In this document: piece by piece, positions 11,106 through 24,191 of the stretch | Layout: each line of letters opens with the position of its first letter | How positions within the stretch are numbered: the stretch's first letter is position 1 | Source of the DNA: Haliotis cracherodii | Lineage: Eukaryota | Direction of reading: 5' to 3' | Assembly (NCBI RefSeq): GCF_022045235.1 | Contig: NW_027266280.1 | Span: 5,890,001-5,954,000, forward strand | Length of the DNA stretch: 64,000 nt | Made by a program: the position numbers and the translations under genes | Notes under the pieces: model-generated | Seen by the model: the letters and a program-made list of their open reading frames with translations, nothing else | Database searches by the model: none | Told to the model about the DNA's origin: nothing

Positions 11106-11362
11106 ATCAAAACCAAACTTGGTGAACCCTGAACCTTTAAGATCATCTTCAGTCAACCGAGAACTGTTCACAAAGTTGTCAGTCCATGGGGCAACACTTT
11201 TGATGGAAACTGAAATGTCGTTGACAAACCAGTATGTTTGATACTGTAAAGTACTGATGCCCAGCCTGTCAAAGTTGCAGAGGAAAAATACAAAACCGCT
11301 ATACGGAGTCTCCCCTGTCTGTATCTCCACACTACAGTTGTCAATGGTGTGAGTTGATGGTC
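11106..11362 (-). CDS. Gene A VWDE-like exon (GPSTHTIDNC...FLCNFD...YQTYWFVND...FGFD)
   Basis: TTTTACAG acceptor (phase 1) and GTAAGT donor (phase 0); open frame with the F.C.F...Y..YWF.N pattern of invertebrate VWDE-like proteins. Confidence 0.8.
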
Positions 11363-12345
11363 CTGTAAAACAATCAATGCCTTGTAATCATTATCTGATA
11401 AGTATTTCAGGCTTTTGCAACATGTTGTCCTACAAAGGGGAAGGGTAGGACAAATTGTCTGCAAAGTCAAACACAACCGAACAATGCAGCGAAACGACTG
11501 GAAGCAGAAGTTGGCTGTAGCCAGAGCAGCATCTATGAAATTTGGTGTATCACGGCGATATCACGGCGATATCACGGCGAGGGACACCAGAAATGAGCTT
11601 CACACATTGTACCAATGTGGGGAATCGAACCCGGGTCTTTGGCGGGACGAGCAAACGCTTTAACAACTACGCTATCCGACCGCCCCAACAGCATTATAAG
11701 TCAGGTGACCAAAACCGTTTTACAGCGGTTGCGGGATGTAAAACCTACAGAAAACTATGTGATGTGTTGGATTGCAGTGAACTATTACATCAATCTGAAG
11801 CACAGACATTGCACAACAGGCAGAAACATTTTTTTAATGTTATATTTTACTTTCATTGTCGGCTGTTTCAATGAGGAATACGTTTTATAGTTCATATGGG
11901 GGTGGTAGATCGGGAGCCATTTTTTATGAATCGTTATGTAGCTTATCTATGTATTCATACGCACGTTATTTGTGAAAAGACTTAATATATTTGAAAGAGG
12001 TTTCCGTCGCAAAAAGGAAACCTTTTTCTAACCATTCAGAATCAAGTATTTATCTATGTCATGGCAGAATGTTGGATACACGAAATAATTTCCATGTAAT
12101 TTCTTTTCATTCAAGGGAAAATTAGCTTTACAACAACAAACTCAGTTCAGGTTATGCCAAGAAAACCCAGAAAGAGATTTGTCATGTCTCGCCCATGGTG
12201 CAAGGCAGGCAGTTAAAGGTTAAAAGTAATGTATCATAATTAATTAATGTTTTTGGTTCTGAACTCTCCTTATGCCAAGATTATTGCTGTAGTAAAATCA
12301 AGCAAATTATGTTATTAGTTACATACATACATACATGCATGTTAT

Positions 12346-12782
12346 GACCGCCTCCGTGGTCTAATGTTAGAGCGTCCGCCTGGAGAGCGGAAGGTCCGGA
12401 GTTCGATCCCCAGCCCCGTCATACAAAAAGACGTTAAAAGATGGTACTTGTTGTTACCCTGTCTGGCGCTCGGCATTAAGGGGCTAAAACAAGGATTGGT
12501 CGGCTCGGAGTCAGTATAATGTGTCTGAGTGGAGTATTCATGGTTAACTGCGGCATGGTATCTCACTGTGGTAGTGCTATAAATCGGCATNNNNNNNNNN
12601 NNNNNNNNNNNNNNNNNNNNNNNNNNNNNNNNNNNNNNNNNNNNNNNNNNNNNNNNNNNNNNNNNNNNNNNNNNNNNNNNNNNNNNNNNNNNNNNNNNNN
12701 NNNNNNNNNNNNNNNNNNNNCGTCTCTATATAAATGCAATAATCTTGGACGCGACGTTTAACCCCATTTCACCTCACCTCAC
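12346..12782 (+). mobile_element. tRNA-derived SINE family D spanning the gap; other copies at 56120-56432 (-) and 61038-61350 (+)
   Basis: GTGGTCTAATGTTAGAGCG A box, GTTCGATCCC B box, (CACCT)n tail and TSD ACATGCATGTTAT. Confidence 0.88.
12591..12720. other. Assembly gap (130 N)
   Basis: N run inside a SINE D copy; intact copies suggest that less than 130 nt is really missing. Confidence 1.
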
Positions 12783-13906
12783 ATGCATGTTATTAGTTAC
12801 ATACATGCATGCATGCATACATCCATCTATCTGGCCTGGTGTCCCTGACGTTATATTCCGGGAATATTGTACAGAACTGCGGTTTATACTTCCTCTCCTA
12901 TAGCAATATAAATTCACGAGATCACAATTATCCTCTTCACCTCTTATCAGAATTTCATTGCTTTCATCGTCTGTTTCTTGAAAGTTCACTGTGCTGTTAT
13001 ATCTTACGGATATACAATACGGATATTGTATCAAATATTATTGCCCTGAAGAATGTCACCTTTAGACATCATTGTGGTCATGAAAGACAAAACGTCGACC
13101 CACTCAACTTGCCAATGGAACAAAGGGTATCAGTGTGTTGTCTCGATGGGTACAGTCTAGTGACCTTTCCTTGCCAAATATGAAGAGGGTACAATCATGA
13201 ATGATGCCACCGGTTTGAATGTACTATACGAGCTACTTATAGCGTGGCGTCATTTAGATTGTCATGCCTCCGTGCTTGGGGTCAATGGGTGCAAAACGTC
13301 CCTGGGGCAGAACGCCCAATGTGCTTTCATCAAAGGTTGACATTGGTCAGATTCGACCAGGCACAACAAGGAAGTGCAAAGTGAATCAGGACTCAACTGA
13401 AAACATGGCACGTGACGACTATTACCCAAGTTTCGAAGGTGGGTAGACCGTGGACGTCTGTTCTTAATATGACAATTTGTAAGGGGAGGCACTTCGAGCA
13501 TGTAGACGATTTCAAATCGTCTGACCCGTCACTCGTACTCTAGTAGCCTGAAAGTTTACAGCAGTTTGATTCACCGTTTGAGCTTGATCTCGTAGTGCTT
13601 GGTTTCGGATCAATCGACCCTGTAGTTTTGCTGTTGACATTGGACGCCGTGAACGGGGTCAAAAGTCAACATTTTGGGTTTGTCTGCTAGCAAGCGATGG
13701 CATCAACACGAATTCTGACACAACCGACTTGAAAACAGAACTGTATGACAAAGCAGCCTCTTCTACATTATCTGTTGAAGAAGTATGTTTGGCAGATGTA
13801 TTGACAAGAAGCCAAAGTAAACTGAATGGGAAAAAGGATGGTTTGATTATGCAACGGACTGCAAAACGGATGCAATATATGGATACGGACATTCTAAAAG
13901 ATTTCA

Positions 13907-14190
13907 GGGAGCACGGGTGGCCAAGTCGTCTAAGGCGCTGCGATTCGCTGTGCAGAGTTGCGTCCCATGGGCACGCCAGAAACTTATGATTGTGGGTTCG
14001 AATCCCGGTTCGCCCCGATTATGTTTCGAGGTTTGTCAGCGACATACCCGTGCTCGTGGGTTTCACCGAAGTGGTTAACGTCGGAGACCTGCATCACTTC
14101 GAGCTTTCCTCCCCCATTAAGCTGACACGCCGTGAAGTAACTGGAATACTGTTAAAAGCGGCGTTAAATCTAACTCACTCACTCACTCAC
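13907..14190 (+). mobile_element. tRNA-derived SINE family C (about 280 bp); other copies at 28710, 33311, 37132, 48153, 62032 and 62913 (-)
   Basis: A box TGGCCAAGTCGTCTAAGGCG, distant B box GGTTCGAATCCC, (ACTC)n tail and TSD TCTAAAAG(A/T)TTTC. Confidence 0.9.
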
Positions 14191-15600
14191 TCTAAAAGTT
14201 TTCTCAAATCTGAACGGACAGGCAATTGAAAAATGCACCTCCAATCAGTACAGTACATTTGCAGCATCTGGACACACATTATATGCAAAGTCTGTTTATG
14301 TCTATATTCAAATGATGTTTAATCTGCCAGAAACGCACCCACATGTCAGCCAGGAATTTTAGCAGGGATACCATGTGGTGAGACGCAGCGACAGGTATTG
14401 GGCAGGGTTGTCAACAGATCTCATTATAGAGCAGGTGCTTATGCGAAGTATTAAGACAAGTGGTGGCCTTACAAGATGATAAGGAATGACGGAAACACAA
14501 CGCCTGGTGTGGATCCTGTCCATGCCAGCATGTGCAAACATTAACGATGCCATGCAGACGCTTAGTTGTGTCTCATATCAAACCAGTGACCAACACAAAG
14601 ACATATCACCAACAAGACAATCTTGAGATGTCAGTGACACCCTTGACCTTATCATTTATCTTGGACAGAGAGACCCATTCGTCAATAACAGTACACTGTT
14701 TAACATCGCAAATGGCATGACAGCTCAGGAAGGAGTCAATGTTGAAAGGCCAAAAGAGGTTGGAGAAAAGATTCTGTCGTCCATAGATGGGAAATCTGTA
14801 GAAGATTTTGACTTCCGGAAAGCTGATCAAGCAATCACACTCGGTACAAGATCAACTGTCAAGATCAAATGGGAATGCGTGGAGGTGGATCCACAGCTAA
14901 TATTCCAGAGGCTGATAACTGTTGGGAAATGTTGGGTAAATCTTCAAGAAATTGTTCAAGCATGAACTCTGTGGTCACCCTCCTGCATTGCTTGAATCAT
15001 CCTCTCTTCCACTGCAGACCAACAAGGCAACCCTTGGTGATGCTATCTCGAAATATATCCAAGTGAAGTAACGAGAACTGGAACATGGGGGGGGGATGCC
15101 ATGGTACAAGCTGTACCAATGCAGAGCTAACAGATTTCTCAGAGGAGGATGACAACCCTGTTGAGACTTTTCAGATGTTGTGACCCTGCAAATTCAGCTA
15201 CAGCATTCACCGAGACAACTTTGCCACTATTCTTCATGTATGAATCAGACAATCATCTAATTAGATGAGTATTGGATTAATCTTTTTTCAAATTTATATT
15301 CAAATATTTGTATTGTGTGGTTATATTGGATTTGTGCAAATCATTAAATATTCTGCATGCATCTTATGGCCCTGTTTAACCCAGTGTAGAAGTTAAAATC
15401 ATTCAAATATGTCATCAGAGACCAACAGTGTATTGATATTCCATGACTATCCATCAATCTCTTGGCTAATTTGCAATGAAACACAGGCTTTTTCATCAAT
15501 AGATCGAAGCTCTTTTGAAAAATGGAAGATTGTTTGATAATTGGTGGTCATTATGGATTATGCATATTTGCCACACTAGGATTGCTTGGGACTTTAAGTA

Positions 15601-17050
15601 TACTCAACAACAAAAGTTCCTGTGACACCAATATTTTAGTGTATTTTTCAAACAACTAAAGTTTGGTTTTCAGTATTGTGGTACATGTATGGAATCAAGT
15701 CACGAAAACGCAACTGCTACAGAAAAGCATGCATTCCATGCAAAAGTAGACTTTTATCCAAGTTCCATGCATTTCACTACCCAAGAATAGGTATTAAAAC
15801 ATGTGCGTTAACGGGATTCCATATGCATTGTTTAGCATCGTGCTGACAACAACCACTCAGAAAAACAACACAATTACGCAATTATTCAACATTACGAAAT
15901 GCCACGCCTGTCCGAAAATTAGCGTCTGCAAGCCATTGGTATGCTTGGAGCATGATCGAGTCAACGTGATGTTGCAAGACAATTTAACGTCCACAGAAAC
16001 ACCATGACAACAGACGAATGCAGTCAGGGACCATACTCGGAGTGGCAGGCAACGCGTAACCAATAATCGACAAGACAACTGGATTCGAAAAACACCTACG
16101 AAATCGATTCCAGCCAGCAACAGTGACTGCAAGAAGCATCCCTGGCCTTCGACGATATATCTTCACAAACCATACGTCGCCGCCTCAGATTTTGACAGAA
16201 AATCACTGTCAAGCACGTTTACAGTGGTGCAGACAGCGTCAACGCTGGACGGCCATGCAGTGGCGACAAGTTCTATTCACTGACGAGTCTCGTTTTCATC
16301 TCAGCCACAGCGATGGACGGATTCGAGTGTACCGACGTCGGCGTGAACGTTACGTCAATCATTGTGTCATGAAAGAAGATCGGTTCGGGGGCGGCAGCGT
16401 TATGTATGGGGTGAGATTACAGCAAGACAAAGGACCCGTTTGATAGTGGTAGAGGGAAATCTCAATGGACAGCGCTACCGCGACGAGATCATCGTCCCTT
16501 TTGTTCTACCGTTTTTGCGTCGTCATGGCCCAGGCATTACCTTTTAACATGACAACGCCCGGCCTCAATTGCTCGACTTGTTCAGGATTTTCTTCAACAA
16601 AACAAGGTGAATTTCATCCCCTGGCCGGCTCGCTCCCTTGATCTCTCACCAATCGAGCACATGTGTGATGAGATGGATCGTCGCCTTCGACGTCAACCAC
16701 GTGTTCCACAGACACTCCAGGAACTTCGAAATATGCTCCAGCAGATATGGACAAATATCCCACAGGACTTTTTGCGACGCCCGCTCCATTCCTTGAAACG
16801 AAGATGTGATGCTTGCATCGCAACCAGAGGTGGACACACACGCTATTGATTTGTAAATTGACATTTTGGCATGTTCATGGTTTTTTTATGACATCAGGCA
16901 TTTTCTGAAGTCATTATGGCAAATTAAACCATTTGAACACTTACAGGAATCTTTTTTTCTGTTGCAAACCGAAATTGTTTCAGATTTGGTAAGAAACATA
17001 ACTTTGCATTAAATCTTATTCAATGTCACAGGAACTTTTGTTGTTCAGTA
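15601..17050 (+). mobile_element. Tc1 transposon of the same family, with complete TIRs
   Basis: 27-bp TIRs TACTCAACAACAAAAGTTCCTGTGACA / TGTCACAGGAACTTTTGTTGTTCAGTA, TA TSDs, and a broken transposase ending GGHTRY. Confidence 0.95.
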
Positions 17051-18283
17051 TATGTTGTTCTTGGGACCTGGTAGAAATGCATTGTGGTAAAATAAGTTCT
17101 GTTGCAATTTGTTCCAAGTAGAAACCTTATTTTGCCTGGACTGTATGCAAGACCAGACTAGATTTTTTGCCGAAACGAATTCCACTTGGCGCAAAGGTCA
17201 AATAGCTGTGAAAGTTGTATGAATGGCCTACTCAAAAACAGTGATGACACCAGGTGTTTGCGAAAAGGGTAGGCATGTCCTGTCCTATCGGCAGCACCTG
17301 CCATTCATACATTTTGCATAAAAAAGTAAGTATTTATTGCCTGACGCAGCATAGCAGTACTCCTGCCACGTGACGTCAGCCTCTAAACAAACCTGGCAAT
17401 CAAGTGATCGATGGACCAGAAAATCCAGTCACCTGAGAGTACCATACTGAACACTATGCTAATTTTGAAGTAATGGCATAGAAAGGTTTGAAACAGAGTA
17501 AGAAAGAGTAATAACTGTACAATGTATCATAACTCGATAACCCACCTAGGTAGATACGAGTAGCAACACATAACTGTGATGTATGCTGTACCAGCCTGCA
17601 CAGTCGGGCTTTGCTGTCCTCAAAACACTTGCCGTGTTAGATGATGTACATGTAGTTCACCCGGTACTTTGTTTATAATGGTTGGGGCAATGGGGTAGCC
17701 TATTGGTTAAAGCGTTCGCTCGTCACGCCAAAGACCTAGGTTCGATTCACCACAAGGGTACAATGTGTGAAGCCTATTTCCGGTGTCCACCGCTATGATA
17801 TTGCTGGAATATTGCTAGAAGCGGCGTAAAACTTTACTCGCTTACTCATAATGGTAAAGTAGCTTTACAGTGTGGTCATTCAGTAATAGCTGTCTGCAAC
17901 TGACATAGACATGATGTCTGTAAGTAAGTTTAGTCATCATTTCTAGCTTTGACAACTACATCCTTAGCAATGAATATTGTATTCATTTGATTTCAATGTC
18001 ATTAAGGATGTACTGATGAAAGAGTCGTTTGTAAAAGGACAGTTACAATATATGTACTATGTATATATTTTCTAAATTGCTTCGTGATTCACCCCATAAG
18101 AAGTAGTGGTGGCACCAGTGAAACAAAGTTGTTGATTGCTCAGTGCAATTAGATCTGTGAAGGAGAAAGTTTTGTGCAAACGATCAAAGGTACGCCTAAG
18201 CCATATGATGGGATTAAATTGGTGGGATGGCTACACTGCTTGTGAAGGGAAACTTGTTGGATAAACGAGTTGAAGATACAATG

Positions 18284-18284
<1 letters not shown>

Positions 18285-18314
<30 letters not shown>
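18285..18314. repeat. (CAT)n microsatellite
   Basis: About 10 CAT units. Confidence 0.95.
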
Positions 18315-21300
18315 GACGAATACTGAAGTAGAAAGCTGGAAAACGTGTTCAAACATGGGGCATGAAGGTTAGAATCAGATTTCCAACACATGTACAAGAT
18401 GGAGTTGCAGGTGAGACATTATAAACCATGCTCGTTTGGAATGGCTGTTACTTCAGTATTGGAACAGAATTATGTCAAAGGTGACGTTAAACCTTTTACA
18501 GACAACAAAATAGAGCTGATGATTCAGGTGTCACTGCAGTGAATACCATCGAACTAAATGTTGTCTGTGGACACTGGAAAGAGCCTTGTCCTTCCGTGCG
18601 TCAAATGTTCTTTACGGAGCAAAATTCGAAGACTGTTCATTATTTCGTTGACCAAACTTTGAAGATATATCATTAAAGCCATGGACTGGTGCCTTTTGTC
18701 TTTCAGTAATCTTGTAATATATATGAGTTCCGGTTCCCATGACAACACATATAGGATGTATGTACAAATGACAGTTGGATTCGGTTCGGAGCATGACTCA
18801 AAGACTTAAATGTTTTTTGAACGAACTTTGACCAGATATCAGTCCAGACTGGCGCATTGTGCATTACCTATTTTCAGTTATACCTCGTCCCCTCAGCCTA
18901 AAGTGACAGGTAAGCCTAAAGTCTCAGGTGTGTTTCACTTTGGTGAAACCCATGACAAGGTGCACAGTATTTCAATTTATAATTTGCAGATCTAATGAAC
19001 ATTCAACAGTTACATGGATGTGATCCTACTCCATCTGGAAGGAAAACACAATTTACAGAATTATAATACCTGACTAGATAAATGTTTCTGAACATCTTTT
19101 AAAAAACTTAAATAGGCTATAATTGTATTACATTCAACAACCTCTCCCTAACCAGTCCAAATGTCTCAACAAAACACACCAGGCAACATTGTATTGGTAC
19201 AATTTGAATATCTACATGAGTTTTAGATTTTATCATCTGATAGAATATACACTGCCAGATGGAATGGAAATGGGGTAAGGTGCTTTTACTGCCATATGAA
19301 ATTCTGCAACAATCTCTGTAAATGAATTGCCCACCACAGCCATATGCAATGCATAAAGTTTTATGTTAAATTCACATCTCAAATTTGTTATAGAGTTATA
19401 TCAGATTCAGACTTTAAAAATGGATATGGGCAGATTTGTAAAGAAAACTGTATTTGGGCATTATCATCTGTGCTACATGTTCAAATTAGAAAAACAAAAA
19501 ACAACATTGGTTGGGTTATGCCCCCAGATATGAGTTTTAGTGTTATTACAATAAACTGATTCTGTGTTCTATTGTGTGGGTATTTCTACACATGCAATAC
19601 TATACTAATTAATGCTAATAATCACGTTTTCGTGATTTCAGAAAATCATCCAACAAATAAAGATTGAACTATCCCGGAACACAATAAGTGGGTAACCACT
19701 TTTGGACCTCAATTTCATGATAACCGCACAAAGGCATGCAGTCGTGGGCACGATGTGCACGAGTTGCTTAAAAAACTGTATTCTTCTGATTGCTGCAGGA
19801 AGTCATCACTGCCACCACACTCAGAAACAACCTGCGGAACGCCAGAAGGGTTAACGTTTCTACTTGGACAGTACGTAATCGAGTCCGTGAGTCACGCGCG
19901 TTTGAATTGGGCCACTACTGGAATCCAGTACCTTTCACTGATGAATCGAGATACTGTCTGGACTTCACGAATCAGCGTGGTCGAATGTGCAGTAGGCAAG
20001 GAGAAATACTTCAGGATTCCAACTTAGAGTTGGATCAGTAGAACTTGAAGAACTGATCTCCACGTCCTTCAGCGGGACACGAAGACACGTGTGTACTTGC
20101 ATTCTGCATGAGACAGCATGCTGGTGGAATTGGACCCGACTTCCTCCTAGCCTCACGGCGCATCTACAGTAACTCGGCAAAGCTCTTACAAAGAATGGAC
20201 CATTTTTCCCTTGGAAGCCATCCAGACTCTTATTGGGAGCATGAGACGAATGTGCCAGACTGTGGTCGCATCACCCCGATCACATACGCGCTACTGGGAT
20301 TTGATTTTTGTTGTACAATGAATTTGTTTTCGTGATATTTTGACGTTTCAGTATTGGTCAGATTTTGACGGACGATCTTACTGATTATTGCTCAAATGTC
20401 GTTTGTTGGCATAGTGTGGAATGTGACATCGGAATTTAATTCATTTGAACGTCTTCGCGCAATATTGTATTTGGCTATTTCAACAGATGCACCCAACTTG
20501 AGTTTAAAGTTGTGATCCTTAGCAAACTGTAAGTAACATATCACGTCATACAACTTTACCCATGAAGCATACCTAGAGAATCTGTTTCGTCTCCAAATGC
20601 ATATTTGATACCCCATGTGGGTAAAACCTGTCATTGTAGAAGCTATAAAGAGACCCAACAATAGTAGTTTTTGCACAAAAGCCGCCATTAGTCCCTTGAG
20701 CATAAAGAAGGCAACATGTTTAAATCTGTCAACTGGTTGCACAAACGTGGAAGCTCATTTCTAAAGAATCAAAACAGGACGTACGAATTACATCAATTGT
20801 TGATATCAGGTTATTCAGGTATTCAAAATAGTTTTGAATTACAACGTTAACTGTCACTAAACGATCTTTACTGCTTAACGGGAACATGTTTACACTAGAG
20901 GGTAGCAAATGTGAGAAGAAAGCCAACAGTTTTGCAGTAGATAACTATGGTTACCACTTTGGAATGTTAATGACAACCCACGGACAATAATCGACTAAGC
21001 TGATTTCACGCCCTCTTACGCGATGGCGCAGAACGTTGCTCGTGTGCTCGATACAGTCATGGTTTTATCCATGTATGAAGGACTATGCTGTATAGTTAGG
21101 AGATAAACCTACTGTGTTTTGAAATTTAGCTTACGGGTTTTCTCGCAACGCATTACAACACAGGGTACAAAGGTCCACAGATCCTAGAACATTCCGAAAA
21201 GTGGTCACAGGTAGCTATATATGCAACAAATATTACTAAATTTTCAAGATTAAAAATCCCATAGTCTTGAGTAGTTCAAAATAAGTGTTCAAAACACATA

Positions 21301-21852
21301 TTTTCTCAAAAAGAAGTTGACAAAATACCCCACAAACTTAGTCAAAAGATAGATGTTTTAATTTCATCGCAACCTTTTGTGCACTGTGTTGTGAAATGTA
21401 TGGGGCTTGCATAAAGGTCAACTTTTGCATAGAATGCATGCTTTTCTGTAGCAGCTGCGTTTTTATGACTTGGTTCCATACATGTACTACAATATTGAAA
21501 ACCAAACTTTACTTGTTTGAAAAATACACTAAAATATTGGTGTCAGAGGAACTTTTGTTGTTGAGTATATATGATGGACAAGGGGGAAATGCACGCATTT
21601 TTGCATGTGATTGGCGCATTATTGTGTATTTAAACAGTAATGGCCACGTATTGTCTTCAGATAACACCCGTTTTTGTGCAGGTGAATCGATCAAAATCAT
21701 GTGCACAGCACTAAAGTGGCAAAAGTGTTTTTTCACGTGCAACTGGTCACGTGGCCATAATACCGCACGTGTTTTCAGCAATACTTGTTAGCAGTCATTA
21801 AAAAAACAACAGCAAAAAACACAAGAAAACAAAAATCTTTACGGCCATTTGT

Positions 21853-22750
21853 CATGCCACGCCTTTCAAATGTGCAACGTGAACGTATCATACGGGAACG
21901 TCCGTAGCTGAAGTCCCAAGGACGATGGGTTGTAGTCGACGGACTGTTTATGATTTACAGACGCGTTTACAGCAAACGGGTACCACCGCTGATCGCCATC
22001 GGCCAGGTCGACCACGTATGACGTCACATGCAGAGGATCATCAGATTGTCTTACGTCACCTCCGTAACCGATTTATGACGGCTATATCAACCAGAAATGA
22101 ACTGTGCAGGGGTAGACTGAGTGCGCAAACTGTTCTAAACGGTCTGAGAACTACTCACCTTCAAGCACGACGGCCATACTGCGGGCCGATTCTGACTCAA
22201 TTACGCAGACGTCAACGCTGCTGCTTACCGCGACCAGGTACTGGCACCAGAACTTCTGCCCTTTTTGGCAGCACATGGACCCGGTTTGATCTTCCAACAC
22301 GACAATGCCAGACCCCACAAAGCAATTTTGACAAGGAATTTCCTTCAGAATGCGGTAGTCAACGTCATGGACTGGCCGTCAAGGTCTCCCGACCTCAATC
22401 CCATCGAACACGTCTGGGATTATCTTGGCAGAAGTCTGCGCACTCTCCAGAACCAACCACAGCATTTGTAAGATCTTGGCACCAATTTGCAGCAACAATG
22501 GCGTCGTCTTCCCAATCATGTGTTCACAAGCATCACAAGGTCCATGCGGAGGCGTTGTGTGGCAGTTGTCAACGCACATGGTGGCCATACACGCTACTGA
22601 ACTTGTGTGCTATCAGATTCTCGTGCTTGGGACTTAAGATCCTTCTTTGGACATGAATGATTAAAAATTACCTTCTCTGATAAATTTGTCCGTTGTATAT
22701 CATATATGGGATTACTTTTAAAAATGTGAAGTTTTTAAATTGACTCAGTA
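21853..22750 (+). mobile_element. Tc1 relic, second family, internally deleted
   Basis: MPRLS start, HTH region (GTTADRHRPGRPR), FQHDNARPH...WPSRSPDLNPIEHVW and GGHTRY. Confidence 0.85.
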
Positions 22751-24191
22751 TATATGATGAACAAGGGGGAAATACACGCAGTTTTGCATGAGAAACGTTA
22801 AACGAATCGATACGACTTCGTTGTGCTCAAACTGAATGATGTAAACAGTGAGCAGTGTTTTTGTAATGCTTTCCGTAACCTATGTTTACATTTCTTTTCA
22901 CAATTTATTATTTTGTGCATTTCACAAACAAATAACTTTTCTTTCCTTTATTAAGTATATGCTCTGATTCATTCAATAACGGTCAAATAGCCAAGTCCCC
23001 TCCACTGATTAACCCACCTGAACCAGACATAAAAGAGTCTGCCTCATCTGTTTCATGTTCCGATCAATGCATAAAGATTTAGACAGACAAAACCACTCTC
23101 TACAAATCTGAATGAGAAGAGGGATGACTTCAACCTTCAAATAGTCAACTTTCCAATGTCGAGCAATATTAGAGCAGGTACAGCGTTTAGTATCTCCATT
23201 TCAGAAATGTTGAGGTATATTCGAGCATGACCTTTCTACGAATATTTCAAATAGCGTCATGCGACATGAGTAAGTGAGTGAGTGAGTGAGTATGGCTTTA
23301 CGCTGCATTTAGCAATATTCCAGCAATATCACGGCGTGACGAGCGAACGCTTTAACCACTAGGCTACCCGACCGCCCCAATGCCACATGAAGTTGAATGA
23401 TAGACATGTGGAGGACATGTCCAACGTTGACGCATAGGTGGCTAAAGTTATGTCTGATGCTATTTCCTATTCTGACTTGTACCATATGTTACTGTGTTTT
23501 TCAGGTGAACGATTGACTTATCTTTGCATTTGTTTCTGACGGGTGCCATCAGTGGTGCAGGATACGCTCACATTTTCGCGAACACATGGTAACATCACTA
23601 TTTGATTAATGATTCATGGGCATATTCTTATGATATAATCGGAGTTGTACAAAGGATTCTTCATTCAGTAGATATTTCTTATGATTATGGAAATGTTTAG
23701 TCGTATTTACTATGATAATTAACAGAGTTTTATCGTATTATATTGAGATACAAGTTTTCAAGTTTTGCAGCTACGCACATTGAAGAATTACAATAAATAG
23801 AGTTTCACAAGCACCTACGTATGTTTCGCACATTCACAATGAGCGAAGGTAGTTCTGTATCCAGAAGTATTAGGCATAAAAACAGATGTGCATACTTGAG
23901 TGTTTGTTTCAATTATACTACAATTATTAGGCTGTACTCCTTTGCCATAAATGCAGCACTATCAAAAGGCGATGCACAGACAATATGAGATGTGTAAATC
24001 GATAAATCATTGCTGCTTCAGCAGATTGTATTCACTTTATGAACATCCTGGCCAGACAAGTGCTAGTATGTCAGTGTTTATAATAAGTAACTGTTCATCC
24101 CATGTGCACAGCTCTAGCAATAACGGAAAACGGTCACACAACCCATTATTCGTAAACGTGGGCCTTACAATGAATAATAAGGCATATGTAC

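Larger units (their letters stand above)
13725..17143 (+). mobile_element. Degenerate DNA transposon, probably Academ-like, interrupted by a SINE (13907) and a Tc1 (15601)
   Basis: Pseudo-ORF pieces ERTGN(W).MHL, HVVRRSDRYWAGLSTDLIIEQVLMRSIKTSGGLTR and VDPQLIFQRL, with a terminal ...TTTTGCCTGGACT. The superfamily is assigned from recalled motifs. Confidence 0.5.

Noticed and set aside
12774-13034. Possible extra gene A exon (ETDDESNEIL...)
   Set aside because: No convincing donor site or motif, and the neighbouring exons already join in phase.
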